The notes beneath the pieces are model-generated. The model was not told where the DNA came from, did not search any database, and was given only the letters and a program-made list of their open reading frames with translations. The position numbers were made by a program, and so were the translations under genes. A DNA stretch of 64,000 nucleotides from Flavobacteriales bacterium. GTDB lineage: Bacteria > Bacteroidota > Bacteroidia > Flavobacteriales_F > PHOS-HE28. Each line of letters begins with the position of its first letter. The stretch's first letter is position 1. Where the stretch lies: assembly GCA_039933875.1 (NCBI GenBank), contig JBDTNF010000188.1:53-64052 (forward strand), given 5' to 3'. This document shows positions 26,397 to 36,478 of this stretch, in pieces.

Positions 26397-26855
26397 ATGA
26401 AGAATCTCTTACACCCCATGACACTGCTGGCGATATTGATCGTCGGCGCCACCTTCCCCTCTGCGCAGACCTTCGCCCAAGCGGGCAGCCACCCCAAGGG
26501 CTGGTCCGTACCAACATCGCCGACCGACCCGGCGATAGCGAACGAGGCTCCAGATGGCGAAGCCAAGAACGCGGAGTATTCCTTCCAGATCAATGGCGGA
26601 AGCATCTCCACCTTCCCCATCCCAGCGATCAGCCGGCTCACCGTCGTCTACACCGCTGCCAAGGATGGAGGTCTTGTTCTGCGCTTGACCGATACGCACG
26701 GTCTTCTGGTAGCGGCGCCCATCCCGGCCCGCGTGACCGCCGGCGAAGCGCGCCAATTCTCCTTTGAGGTCGGAGGACTCGCCAATGGCACCTATGTGCT
26801 TCGCGCGCAACAGGATGGCCTCAACCTTGCCCGACGCGTGCTCGTGGCACACTAA
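26397..26855 (+). CDS. small secreted protein with T9SS C-terminal sorting domain
   Basis: It has a signal peptide and a C-terminal ...GTYVLRAQQDGLNLARRVLVAH tail. Confidence 0.55.
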   Translation: MKNLLHPMTLLAILIVGATFPSAQTFAQAGSHPKGWSVPTSPTDPAIANEAPDGEAKNAEYSFQINGGSISTFPIPAISRLTVVYTAAKDGGLVLRLTDTHGLLVAAPIPARVTAGEARQFSFEVGGLANGTYVLRAQQDGLNLARRVLVAH

Positions 26856-26873
26856 CCCACACACTACTGAACA

Positions 26874-26901
26874 GAAACGCCTCCTCACCGGGGCGTTTTT
26901 C
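26874..26901 (+). terminator. rho-independent terminator (GAAACGCC-loop-GGCGTTTTTC)
   Basis: A 7-8 bp stem with a 10-nt loop and a T-tract, 19 bp after the stop of the 26397-26855 gene. Confidence 0.5.
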
Positions 26902-26939
26902 GTTGGTGGGGTTACCAATGGCGAACTTCGCTTCCGTCA

Positions 26940-28742
26940 ATGTCCAACCTCGACGTCCGGGAGAAAGTGAAGCTGCTGCCACGGCAGCCGGGCGTGTACC
27001 AATTCCTGGACGCGGAGGGCACCATCATTTATGTGGGCAAGGCCATCGACCTGCGCAGCCGGGTAGGCAGCTACTTCGGGGCGCAGGGCGGCATGAGCGG
27101 CAAGACGCTGCGTCTGGTGCGCAACATCATCGATATGCGCACCATGGTGGTGGCTACGGAATTCGATGCCCTGTTGCTCGAGAACTCGCTGATCAAGCAG
27201 CACCAACCGAAGTACAACGTCGCGCTGAAGGACGACAAGAGCTATCCCTGGATCCGCATCCGCAACGAGCGCTTTCCGCGGGTGGAGGGCATGCGCAACC
27301 CGGAACACGATGGCAGCGAGTACTTCGGTCCCTACGCCAGTGTGCGTGTGATGCGGACCGTGCTGCACATGGTGCACAAGCTCTATCGGTTGCGCACGTG
27401 CAACCTCGACCTCTCCGCGAAGAACATCGCCGCCGGCAAGTACAAGGTGTGCCTGGAATACCACATCGGGAACTGCAAAGGGCCTTGTGAGGGGAAGGTG
27501 GATGAGACCGAGCACAACGCGGCCGTGGACCAGATCCGCCAGATCGTGAAGGGCCGTGCGCGTGGTGTGATGAAGATGTTGAAGGACGCCATGCTCGAAC
27601 ATGCCGAGCGCCTGGAGTTCGAAAGCGCGGAGCAGTTGCGCGAACGCATCGAGCACCTTGAGCGGTTCCAGAAGCGCAACACGGTCGTAAGCACGGACAT
27701 CGGCGATGTGGACGTGTTCACCATCGTCAGCGACCCGAACGGCGGGTACGTGAACTACCTGCGCGTGATCGATGGTGCGGTGGTGCACGGCATCACGGTG
27801 GAGTTGAAACGCAAGCTCGAGGAGGCCGAAGTGGAACTGTTGCAGATGGCGATCGTGGAGCTGCGGGAACGCTTCAAGAGCACGGCACCGGAGATCATCG
27901 TGCAGATGGATATCGGCCTGGCGATCCCGCACACCAAGGTCACCGTGCCGACGCGTGGAGATCGCAAGCAACTGATCGAATTGAGCGAGCGCAATGCGCG
28001 CTATTTCATGATCGACAAGCAGAAACAGGAGAAGCTCGTCGATCCCGAGGCGCACACTACCCGCATTCTCGAACAACTGAAGGCCGACCTGCGCCTCGGC
28101 GCACTACCGCACCACATCGAGTGCTTCGACAACAGCAATACGCAAGGCACCGACCCGGTGAGCGCCTGCGTGGTGTTCAAGGACGCCAAGCCGAGCAAGA
28201 AGGATTACCGCCACTTCAACATCCGAACGGTGGTGGGTTCCGATGATTTCGCGAGCATGGAGGAGGCCGTGGAGCGACGTTACAGCCGCCTGCTCACTGA
28301 AGGCGACCCGTTGCCACAGTTGGTGGTGATCGATGGTGGCAAAGGCCAATTGCATGCGGCGATGAACGTGTTCGACCGCCTCGGACTCCGCGGCAAGGTG
28401 GCGCTCATCGGTATCGCGAAGAAGCTGGAGGAGATCTACTTCCCCGGCGATCCGTACCCGTTGCACATCGACAAGCGCAGCTCGAGCTTGAAATTGATCC
28501 AGCACATGCGCAACGAGGCGCACCGCTTCGGCATTACGCACCACCGTGGCAAACGCAGCAAGCGCATCGTGCGTACGGGCTTGGAGGACATTCCCGGAAT
28601 CGGGCCGGGCACGGCGAAGAAGCTGCTCACACGTTTCGGATCGATCAAGGGCATCAAGGAGGCGCTCCCTGCCGATGTGATCGCGGAGATCGGTGCGCAG
28701 AAGGCGGAGGTCGTCTTGCGCGCGTTGACCACCGCTGAGTGA
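26940..28742 (+). CDS. uvrC: excinuclease ABC subunit C
   Basis: An N-terminal GIY-YIG domain (GVYQFLDAEGTIIYVGKA) and a C-terminal HhH region are present. The protein is 600 aa. Confidence 0.9.
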   Translation: MSNLDVREKVKLLPRQPGVYQFLDAEGTIIYVGKAIDLRSRVGSYFGAQGGMSGKTLRLVRNIIDMRTMVVATEFDALLLENSLIKQHQPKYNVALKDDKSYPWIRIRNERFPRVEGMRNPEHDGSEYFGPYASVRVMRTVLHMVHKLYRLRTCNLDLSAKNIAAGKYKVCLEYHIGNCKGPCEGKVDETEHNAAVDQIRQIVKGRARGVMKMLKDAMLEHAERLEFESAEQLRERIEHLERFQKRNTVVSTDIGDVDVFTIVSDPNGGYVNYLRVIDGAVVHGITVELKRKLEEAEVELLQMAIVELRERFKSTAPEIIVQMDIGLAIPHTKVTVPTRGDRKQLIELSERNARYFMIDKQKQEKLVDPEAHTTRILEQLKADLRLGALPHHIECFDNSNTQGTDPVSACVVFKDAKPSKKDYRHFNIRTVVGSDDFASMEEAVERRYSRLLTEGDPLPQLVVIDGGKGQLHAAMNVFDRLGLRGKVALIGIAKKLEEIYFPGDPYPLHIDKRSSSLKLIQHMRNEAHRFGITHHRGKRSKRIVRTGLEDIPGIGPGTAKKLLTRFGSIKGIKEALPADVIAEIGAQKAEVVLRALTTAE

Positions 28743-28870
28743 ATGGAACGAACACCTCACGGCCACGAAGCCCTGCGAGCAAAGGAAACCGGATCGTGTT
28801 GGTTCCTGACCCGGCAATGATCATCGGGGGCTGGCGTTAGCGGACCGAGTCATCCTCCAACAGGCATCGC

Positions 28871-30478
28871 ATGAAGAACGCCGCTCTTCTCACAACGTTC
28901 ATCCTTATTGGTAGCCTGTGCCGTTCGCAAGGCACATTGATCTCTTCCGTGGTGCAAGTGAACGCTTCGATCGCCGACCTGGCGGTGGATGGAGCGGGAA
29001 ATACTTATGTGATCGGCACATTCGTCAGTACGCTGACGCTCGGCGACCTGGTGCTCACTAGCGCTGGAGCTTCCGACACCTATCTGGCCTGTCTTGGACC
29101 CAATGGCGAATGGGTGTGGGCGGAACGCATCGGTGGCACCGGGAGTGATGGCGGTACAACGGTCGCAGTGAACGGAACATACGATCTGTATGTGAGCACC
29201 TTTGTCGAAGATGGTCCCAGCTTGTCTGTTGGCACGTTGCCGGTCCCCGGGTTCCCGAACAGTGGACTGGCCCTCATGCGGATGAACACCGCTGGAGAAT
29301 ACCAATGGGCCACCCCCGCCTCAGTGGGGAACTTGCTGAACATTCGATCAGTCGTCACGGATCAGAACGTCTGCTACCTGGGCGGAACGGCGTTCGACCA
29401 CGCCTCGCTGCAATTCGGTGCCCACGTGGTCGGCACCACGGAAGTATCGGGCTTTCTAGCTGCTTGCGATGGTGAAGGTGAATGGCTCTGGGCGAAGGAA
29501 TACGGACAAAGCCTCCAGTCCTCCTGCGATGGAATTGCGACCGACCCCAGCGGCGACCTGCTAGCCACGGGGCGTTTCGGCGGACCGACCTTGACACTTG
29601 ACGGGGCGAGCCTGACAGGACCTCCATTATCTCAAGAGGGCGGGGTCTACTCCTCGCCCTACATCGGGCGCTGGTCAAGCGGAGGAGAACTACAATGGCT
29701 CATCAAAGGCGACGTCGGTTCGGATGGCGATGCCAGCACGTCGAGTATTTCGGCGACTCCTGATGGTGGTTGTGCGCTAACGGGCAATTACCTGGACAGT
29801 CTTTCATTCGGCAACGCGCACTTGACGACCGGCGCGTTCTTCATGTCCGCGTTCGACGCGAGCGGTGTATGTGACATGGCGGCTGACTTCCAGCCGTTCG
29901 GTGATCCGTTCTACCCAAGCGATGCCGTTCTCCTGGATGACGGGTCGCTGTTGCATGCTGGATATTATGCCGGAGATCTCCATCTCGGCACCCTGGAACT
30001 CCTTGGGAACGGCCATGTTGCAGGCTTTGTGGGGCAATGCTCCACCGACAATGAGTGGATACTAGCAGAAAGCGCCCTGTCCACGGACCAGGCGGCGTTC
30101 CACCGGCTGGCACATAATGGCCCCCATGTCAGAGCACTAGGGCGCTTTCAACAAGCGCTGTTCATCGGCGAAGACACATATGATCCCAGCCATGGCACGT
30201 GGTTCATCGCACTGCTTGCACCATTGTCGACCGGCGTCCCGGAGGGTTTCGAAAAGAAGCCGCTGCACATGTATCCCAACCCTGCTCAAGAGCGCGTTTC
30301 CGGCGGTGTCGTGGGCGAGTCCGGGATGACCCTTCTGCGGGTCTTTGGCCCGCTTGGCAACACGGTGATCACACAATGGGTCGATGCTGCGAGTTTCGAC
30401 ATCGGCCTGATCGGTCTGCCCGCCGGGATCTACGTGGTCAGCGTCCGCAACTCCATCGCGCGATTCGTGAAAGAGTGA
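28871..30478 (+). CDS. secreted beta-propeller-repeat protein with T9SS C-terminal sorting domain
   Basis: It has a signal peptide, SBBP-like repeats (DGAGNTYVIGTF...) and the tail ...GIYVVSVRNSIARFVKE. Confidence 0.65.
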   Translation: MKNAALLTTFILIGSLCRSQGTLISSVVQVNASIADLAVDGAGNTYVIGTFVSTLTLGDLVLTSAGASDTYLACLGPNGEWVWAERIGGTGSDGGTTVAVNGTYDLYVSTFVEDGPSLSVGTLPVPGFPNSGLALMRMNTAGEYQWATPASVGNLLNIRSVVTDQNVCYLGGTAFDHASLQFGAHVVGTTEVSGFLAACDGEGEWLWAKEYGQSLQSSCDGIATDPSGDLLATGRFGGPTLTLDGASLTGPPLSQEGGVYSSPYIGRWSSGGELQWLIKGDVGSDGDASTSSISATPDGGCALTGNYLDSLSFGNAHLTTGAFFMSAFDASGVCDMAADFQPFGDPFYPSDAVLLDDGSLLHAGYYAGDLHLGTLELLGNGHVAGFVGQCSTDNEWILAESALSTDQAAFHRLAHNGPHVRALGRFQQALFIGEDTYDPSHGTWFIALLAPLSTGVPEGFEKKPLHMYPNPAQERVSGGVVGESGMTLLRVFGPLGNTVITQWVDAASFDIGLIGLPAGIYVVSVRNSIARFVKE

Positions 30479-30611
30479 TCACCTCCACGCTCCCTCCGCA
30501 GTGCGGACACCATCCCTGCCCACGTGATCGGAGGTCGCGTTGTGGTCACTGGCTGACGGAGCGTGATCCGCGTAAGTGACCCGTATCTTCCCTCACCCAA
30601 GTACGAGCACC

Positions 30612-32168
30612 ATGCTGCGTCATCTGATCTGTCTTGTCGTTCCGACAGCCATCGCCTCGCCCGTTGTACTGAACGCGCAGGCCCCCATCTGGATCTGGGC
30701 TACCGGCTTCGAAGGGAGTGGGTACGTCCAGCTATTCGACATCGCCGAGAGTTCCAACAATGGGTGCTTCGCGCTCGGCTGGTTCGATCAGGAACTCTAC
30801 CTGCCCTTCGATACGCTTGTAAGCGGCAATGGCGATCTGGCGTACTTCATCGCACACCTTGATACGCTTGGTGCGACCACGTGGGCCGCACAGTTCTCCG
30901 ATCGCATCGTCTCGATGCATGGCCTGACGAACGGTGGCCTCAGTTGTTTGATCCCCTACGTGGGCAGCACCGAGGTGAATGGTCAGCTGGTCAACTCGGG
31001 CATAGCAGGCCACTCTGCGCTGGTGGTCGAATTCGATGGCACCGGTTCCATCACTTCGATGGTGAACATACCCCTCTTCCTCTGGCCGGGTGTGGTTGAT
31101 CCGATCCGTACAATGCACCATGCCGAAGGGGCCGGGATCGTGGTGGGCGGTAGTTCCACGGATAGTCTGTTCGTTGCGGGTGCATGGTTGCAAGGCAGTG
31201 GGATGTTCCTGGCACGACTCACTCCTCAGGGTGATCTGATCTGGGCTCAACGTATCGGATGTGGAACCATGATCGATGGTAGCGTGCATATCGATGATCA
31301 AGGCAGGATCCTGGTCGGCGTTCCATCCGGCTGTGATCCGAATGAAAGTGACCCCTTTCCCTGGAACGGGGCCGTCTCATCGTACAGCGCTATCGGGGAT
31401 CTGGAATGGCATCAGCCCTACATCATAACCCCCCTAGGTGACGTTGTCGTGATGGACCGTCGATCCAATGGCCATGCGCTGACGACCGTGCCCTACCCCA
31501 TACCGGGAGGTGGTTCGGAGATCGAGGTGCAAGAGTTCAACGCGGTCGGCGAGCCCACATGGTCAGAGTACGTATCAGGAACGCCGCAAATCCCCAGCTA
31601 TCCCCTGTCGATCCGGGCAACCGGGAACGGCACAACGCTGGTGAGCGGGTTCTCCGCAGGGATCACCGATTTCGGCCCTTGGACAGTAACTCCTAATGGG
31701 GCCGATGGGTACGTTGCTTCTTTGGACAGTTTGGGGAGCTGGCGCTGGGCGGTGCTGGAGACAAGTGGCAACGTCTACGGAATGTCCTGTGCGCCGGGCA
31801 CCAACTCGCGCATCTACACCACCGGCTGGACGGATACCGGCGCCTTTTTCGGGAGCCATCCGGCCAACTGGGGCAATACGAGTTTGACAGGCTTCGTGGC
31901 TTGTTTGGGGGATGTCATCCTGAGCACCTCCGATGGGGGCGCTTTGAGCAGGACGCTCTCCGCATGGCCCGATCCAGCGGCGAATGTGCTCCAGATCTCC
32001 CTCAACGTCGATCTCACGCAGCTTGTGAGCGTGACCGATATCCGGGGTCGTTCGGTGACCGATCACATCGGCCGCCTTTCCCCTTCATCTTTCGATATCT
32101 CCCGCTTGTCTCCAGGCATCTATGTGCTCAGCGCGGGAGAACAGCGCATCCGCTTCGTCAAGGAGTGA
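30612..32168 (+). CDS. secreted T9SS C-terminal sorting-domain protein, paralogue of 28871-30478
   Basis: A signal peptide MLRHLICLVVPTAIASPVVLNAQ is present. It has the same C-terminal signature, ...GIYVLSAGEQRIRFVKE. Confidence 0.65.
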   Translation: MLRHLICLVVPTAIASPVVLNAQAPIWIWATGFEGSGYVQLFDIAESSNNGCFALGWFDQELYLPFDTLVSGNGDLAYFIAHLDTLGATTWAAQFSDRIVSMHGLTNGGLSCLIPYVGSTEVNGQLVNSGIAGHSALVVEFDGTGSITSMVNIPLFLWPGVVDPIRTMHHAEGAGIVVGGSSTDSLFVAGAWLQGSGMFLARLTPQGDLIWAQRIGCGTMIDGSVHIDDQGRILVGVPSGCDPNESDPFPWNGAVSSYSAIGDLEWHQPYIITPLGDVVVMDRRSNGHALTTVPYPIPGGGSEIEVQEFNAVGEPTWSEYVSGTPQIPSYPLSIRATGNGTTLVSGFSAGITDFGPWTVTPNGADGYVASLDSLGSWRWAVLETSGNVYGMSCAPGTNSRIYTTGWTDTGAFFGSHPANWGNTSLTGFVACLGDVILSTSDGGALSRTLSAWPDPAANVLQISLNVDLTQLVSVTDIRGRSVTDHIGRLSPSSFDISRLSPGIYVLSAGEQRIRFVKE

Positions 32169-33160
32169 TCACCATTCTTCTCCCCTTCCGCAACGCGGCC
32201 ACAACGTTGGGTGCTGCCATCAGCAGCATCACGACGCAGTCATTCCGCGAATGGGAAATGCTTCTGGTCGACAACGCCAGCAGCGATGAGAGCCCTGCCA
32301 TCGCCAGTGAATGGTCGCTACGCGATCCGCGGATCCGCGTGATCGGAGAGCCTGCTGCCGGCATCGCCCAAGCCCTGAACACCGGGCTGAAGCATGCCAC
32401 CGCGCCCCTCATCGCCCGCATGGACGCCGACGATATCGCACATCCGGAACGACTCGCACGGCAGGTGGCCTTCATGGCGGAACATCCGGAGATCGGGGTC
32501 CTGGGCACGCGCACAACGTTCGCCACCACCGTTGAAAAGAGCAGCGGTATGGCCTGGTTCGTCGACTGGCAGAACACCATCCTCTCACCGCGCGAGCACT
32601 ACGTGAAGCGATTCGTGGACGCACCGTTGGCGCACCCTACGGTGTTGTTCCGGAAGGAACTGATCGATCGCTTCGGTGTATACGACACTGGTCCACTTCC
32701 CGAAGACCATGAACTCTGGTTGCGCTGGATGCACCATGGGGTGCGCTTCGCCAAGTTGCCGGAGGAATTGCTCACTTGGAACGATCACCTTCAGCGCCTC
32801 AGCCGCACGCACTCGAACTATAGCGTGGACGCCTTCTTCGCGACGAAGGCAAAATGGCTCGCCCGCTGGATCACGAGGAAATATGGGACAACCCGGCCGG
32901 TCATCATCGCTGGTACGAGCAACCTATGCCAGGAGCGTACCAGACTTCTCGCAGCGGAAGGCATCGCGATCCATGCGTTCACCGATGTAAGGCGGCGCGA
33001 AGTGTCGGGCTACGCCTTCATTCCGCACACCGAACTTCCTCCTCCAGGTGAAGCGCTCATCGTTTCGTTCATCAGCCAGCGTGGCACAGGCGATCGCATC
33101 GCGGAGTTCCTTGCCTCGCGCCAACTGGTCGAGGGCGAGGACTTCATTCTCGCAGCCTGA
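32165..33160 (+). CDS. family 2 glycosyltransferase (GTG start overlapping the upstream stop as GTGA)
   Basis: The GT2 signature ITILLPFRNAATTLGAAISSITTQSF...LLVDNASSDES...DADDIAHPERL is present. Confidence 0.7.
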   Translation: MITILLPFRNAATTLGAAISSITTQSFREWEMLLVDNASSDESPAIASEWSLRDPRIRVIGEPAAGIAQALNTGLKHATAPLIARMDADDIAHPERLARQVAFMAEHPEIGVLGTRTTFATTVEKSSGMAWFVDWQNTILSPREHYVKRFVDAPLAHPTVLFRKELIDRFGVYDTGPLPEDHELWLRWMHHGVRFAKLPEELLTWNDHLQRLSRTHSNYSVDAFFATKAKWLARWITRKYGTTRPVIIAGTSNLCQERTRLLAAEGIAIHAFTDVRRREVSGYAFIPHTELPPPGEALIVSFISQRGTGDRIAEFLASRQLVEGEDFILAA

Positions 33161-33201
33161 TGAACGTCGTGCTATCTTGTTGTCGATCAAACCAAGCACC
33201 C

Positions 33202-34077
33202 ATGTTCGCTCGTGGCGTTCTCACATGCTCCCTCGCATTGGCGGTTTCCTTCCCGCTACTGGCCCAACAACGACAGACCCTTGACCCCGATGCGATCCTG
33301 ATCGGGAACCAGCCACAGGCGCATATCCTGCTCGTGGGGACCTTCCACTTCAGCTACCCGGGCCTCGATGCGCACAAGACCACCGAGACGGACCAGGTGG
33401 ATGTGCTTTCACCCCAACGGCAGAAAGAACTGGCCGAGCTTGTGGATGTCATCATGCGCTTCCGACCGAATAAGATCGCCATGGAAACAGAAGGCGGTGC
33501 ATTGATGCGACAGTACCGGACGCACCAGGCGGAAGGAACACCATTGGGGCGGAACGAGTACTACCAACTGGGGTTCCGGATCATGGACCTTGCCAAGATG
33601 GACACACTCTACGCCGTGGATGCCGAACCACTGGTGAACGACCTCTACGATGGTCCTGACAGTCTTCGGTACCGACCCTGGCTTGACTCCCTCTATGCAG
33701 GGTGGGATTGGGGTGGCGAGGACACGATCTCGAAACGTTACTCGGAGTTCTACCACCAGCAGGACCTGTTCGAGCGCGACCACACCCTGCTTGAATCGTT
33801 CCTCGCGTCGAACGACGACCACACGTTGGACCGTGGTTTTGGCGCCTATCTGCACGGTGGTTTCGAACTCGATGACCAACGCGGGGCCGATGTGCTCAGC
33901 ATCCATTGGTACAACCGCAACCTGCGGATCTTCCGCAAGATCCAGGGGATCACCACCTCGCCTGACGATCGCATCCTCGTGCTCTTCGGTGCGGGACACA
34001 TGGGCATCTTGAAGCATCTCTTCGAATGCTCGCCGCAATACAAGCGTGTACGGTTGAGCGAGTTGGTGGAACACTGA
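33202..34077 (+). CDS. secreted TraB/GumN/Tiki-like (DUF5694-type) protein
   Basis: It has a signal peptide, a GTFHFSYPG region and an FGAGHMGIL motif reminiscent of the GumN/TraB family. This is a tentative call. Confidence 0.35.
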   Translation: MFARGVLTCSLALAVSFPLLAQQRQTLDPDAILIGNQPQAHILLVGTFHFSYPGLDAHKTTETDQVDVLSPQRQKELAELVDVIMRFRPNKIAMETEGGALMRQYRTHQAEGTPLGRNEYYQLGFRIMDLAKMDTLYAVDAEPLVNDLYDGPDSLRYRPWLDSLYAGWDWGGEDTISKRYSEFYHQQDLFERDHTLLESFLASNDDHTLDRGFGAYLHGGFELDDQRGADVLSIHWYNRNLRIFRKIQGITTSPDDRILVLFGAGHMGILKHLFECSPQYKRVRLSELVEH

Positions 34078-34093
34078 TCCACGCACCGCTACC

Positions 34094-35506
34094 TTGGTGC
34101 ACATGGCAACCGAAGCGGCTTGGGAGATCGGTGATGTGGAGAACCGACTGGCGGCGCTCCGTCAACACTTCGACAGCGGTGCGACAACGTCCTATGCCGT
34201 GCGACGCGACGCCTTGAAGTCACTGGGCAAGGCCTTGAAGAAGAACGAGGCGGCGATCCTCGAGGCCATGCGCCTGGACATGGGCAAGCCGGCGTTCGAG
34301 GCCTACATGAGCGAATTGGGGGTGCTGTACGGTGAGCTCGCGCACACATTGAAACACCTGAAGGAATGGATGCGGCCGCAGCATGTGAGAACACCGTTCG
34401 CGATCCAGGTGGCCAGCAGCGCGGTGCATCACGAGCCCTTGGGCGTTGTGCTCATCATCGGTCCGTGGAACTACCCCTTGCAATTGCTGATAGCCCCCTT
34501 GATCGGCGCGCTCGCGGCCGGGAACTGTGCCATCGTGAAGCCCAGCAACGAAGCGCCACACACAGCAGCGGTGACCGAACGGATCATCGCGGAAGCCTTC
34601 GCGCGGGAACACGTCACGGTGGTCCAGGGTCCGGGCAGCGTTGTCGGCCCGCAGCTGATCGAACGCTTCCGGTTCGACCACATTTTCTTTACGGGCAGCC
34701 CTCCAGTGGGCCGAAGGATCATGGCGATGGCCGCACCACACTTAACGCCGGTCACTCTGGAGCTCGGCGGTAAGAGCCCGGCGATCGTCGACCACCAGGC
34801 GGACCTAAAAGTGGCCGCGAAGCGCATCGCCTGGGCCAAGTATTTCAATGCCGGGCAGACCTGTATCAGTCCCGACCACGCACTGGTGCATGCCGATGTG
34901 ATGGAGCCCTTCCTCGCTGCGTTCGCCGAACATGTGCGCGCGTTCTTCGGCGACGACCCGAAGAAAAGCCCGCACTTCGCACGCCTCATCAACGCGAAGC
35001 GGTTCAACATCGTGAAGGGCTATTTGCAGCATGGCCATATTCATCTCGGCGGGCAGCACGATGAAGCGGAGCGCTACATCGCGCCGACCGTGCTCACCGA
35101 TCTGCCGCTCGATAGTCCGCCGATGCATGAGGAAATCTTCGGGCCGGTACTTCCTGTGATCCCCTGGAGGGAGAAGGAGGAAGTGCTGGACATGGTCCGC
35201 CGTAATCCGTTCCCCCTATCGACCTATGTCTTCACGAGCAACAGCGCGACCGCGCGGTTCTTCACCGAGCGCATCCCCTTCGGCGGCGGCTGCGTGAATC
35301 ATTGCATGCTGCACTTCGGGAATTCGGATCTACCGTTCGGTGGCGTGGGCCACAGCGGCATGGGGCGCTACCACGGCCGCAACAGCTTCGACGTGTTCTC
35401 GCATCAGAAGGGGATCGTCACCAGCAGCACACTGATCGACCCGGGGGTGCAGTATCCGCCTTACAGCGGCCGTAAGGAAAAGGTGTTGCGCTGGGTCCTG
35501 AAGTGA
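34094..35506 (+). CDS. aldehyde dehydrogenase (class-3 / fatty-aldehyde type)
   Basis: ELGGKSP and a catalytic Cys in GQTCISPD are present, with an ALDH3-like length of 470 aa. Confidence 0.8.
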   Translation: MVHMATEAAWEIGDVENRLAALRQHFDSGATTSYAVRRDALKSLGKALKKNEAAILEAMRLDMGKPAFEAYMSELGVLYGELAHTLKHLKEWMRPQHVRTPFAIQVASSAVHHEPLGVVLIIGPWNYPLQLLIAPLIGALAAGNCAIVKPSNEAPHTAAVTERIIAEAFAREHVTVVQGPGSVVGPQLIERFRFDHIFFTGSPPVGRRIMAMAAPHLTPVTLELGGKSPAIVDHQADLKVAAKRIAWAKYFNAGQTCISPDHALVHADVMEPFLAAFAEHVRAFFGDDPKKSPHFARLINAKRFNIVKGYLQHGHIHLGGQHDEAERYIAPTVLTDLPLDSPPMHEEIFGPVLPVIPWREKEEVLDMVRRNPFPLSTYVFTSNSATARFFTERIPFGGGCVNHCMLHFGNSDLPFGGVGHSGMGRYHGRNSFDVFSHQKGIVTSSTLIDPGVQYPPYSGRKEKVLRWVLK

Positions 35507-35509
35507 CCT

Positions 35510-35746
35510 TCACGCCTCCAGCACGCGCTCGGCGCGTTTCGGGCGCAGGCGATCACGCACAAGCGCCAGGTACTGTTGGTCGCATTCCAATGTCGCGGTG
35601 CACAGCACGGGCTGCTCGTTGGTCCAGTGCCGGTAGTTCAGCACACCTTCGCGCGCGCAGAACTCGTCCATGTGCTTGAGGAAATGCGTTGCTGTAACGG
35701 GCGCATCGGGGCCGAAGAAATCCCAGTGGAAGCGGAGGAGTGCCAT
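35510..35746 (-). CDS. small hypothetical protein (about 78 aa)
   Basis: An ORF whose likely start is MALLRFHWDFFGP..., with no recognised motif. Confidence 0.35.
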   Translation of the reverse strand: MALLRFHWDFFGPDAPVTATHFLKHMDEFCAREGVLNYRHWTNEQPVLCTATLECDQQYLALVRDRLRPKRAERVLEA

Positions 35747-35875
35747 GGCGTCGACGACGTCATCCGGTCGATCGGATGAGGTGCTCGAATGTAACCGCGC
35801 GATCGACCGAAGTGGCATCCACCACTCACCGACTTGCCAGCGATGCCCAGCTTGACCATCTTCGGCACCCGAGAA

Positions 35876-36478
35876 ATGGACGCGCTCCTCATTTTCCTTC
35901 TGGCCACCGTGGTGAGTTTCATCGGCTCCTTACAGGCCGGCCTGGTGAACACCGCTGTGTTGGCGACCACCCTGCGTTCCGGGAAACATGCCGGTCGTTC
36001 GCTGGCCCTCGGTGGCGCGATCCCCGAGTTCCTCTATGCCGGGCTCGCCTTCGCTTTCGGCACATGGATCACCATGCTCTCGAGCGACCATCCGGTCGCG
36101 CTGAAATGGGCCGCCGCTTCAACACTGTTCGCGATGGGCATCTACTTCCTATTCTTCTTCAAGCTGCATCTGGACCGACCAGGGAAGGTCTCCGGCGGTA
36201 TCTGGAAAGGATTGCTGATCGGCCTGGCGAACCCCCAGTTGCTCCTGTTCTGGTGCGGTGTGAAACTCTCCCTCCACACCTTCGGGATCACGGCCAGCGG
36301 TCCTGATGTCCTGCTCGGGTTCGCCTTGGGAGCGTTCGCGGGGGCACTGGTCCTACTACTGCTCCTGGTGCATTGGGGGAACCGCGCGAAGGACCGGATG
36401 CATGTGAAGACCCTCACCTGGGCCTTCCGCCTCATGGGTATCGCATTGATCGTGGGCGGGCTCTTCGCGCTCCGCTGA
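35876..36478 (+). CDS. LysE/RhtB family amino-acid exporter
   Basis: It has a six-TM topology and a LysE-type N-terminus (MDALLIFLLATVVSFIGSLQAGLVNTAVL). Confidence 0.65.
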   Translation: MDALLIFLLATVVSFIGSLQAGLVNTAVLATTLRSGKHAGRSLALGGAIPEFLYAGLAFAFGTWITMLSSDHPVALKWAAASTLFAMGIYFLFFFKLHLDRPGKVSGGIWKGLLIGLANPQLLLFWCGVKLSLHTFGITASGPDVLLGFALGAFAGALVLLLLLVHWGNRAKDRMHVKTLTWAFRLMGIALIVGGLFALR

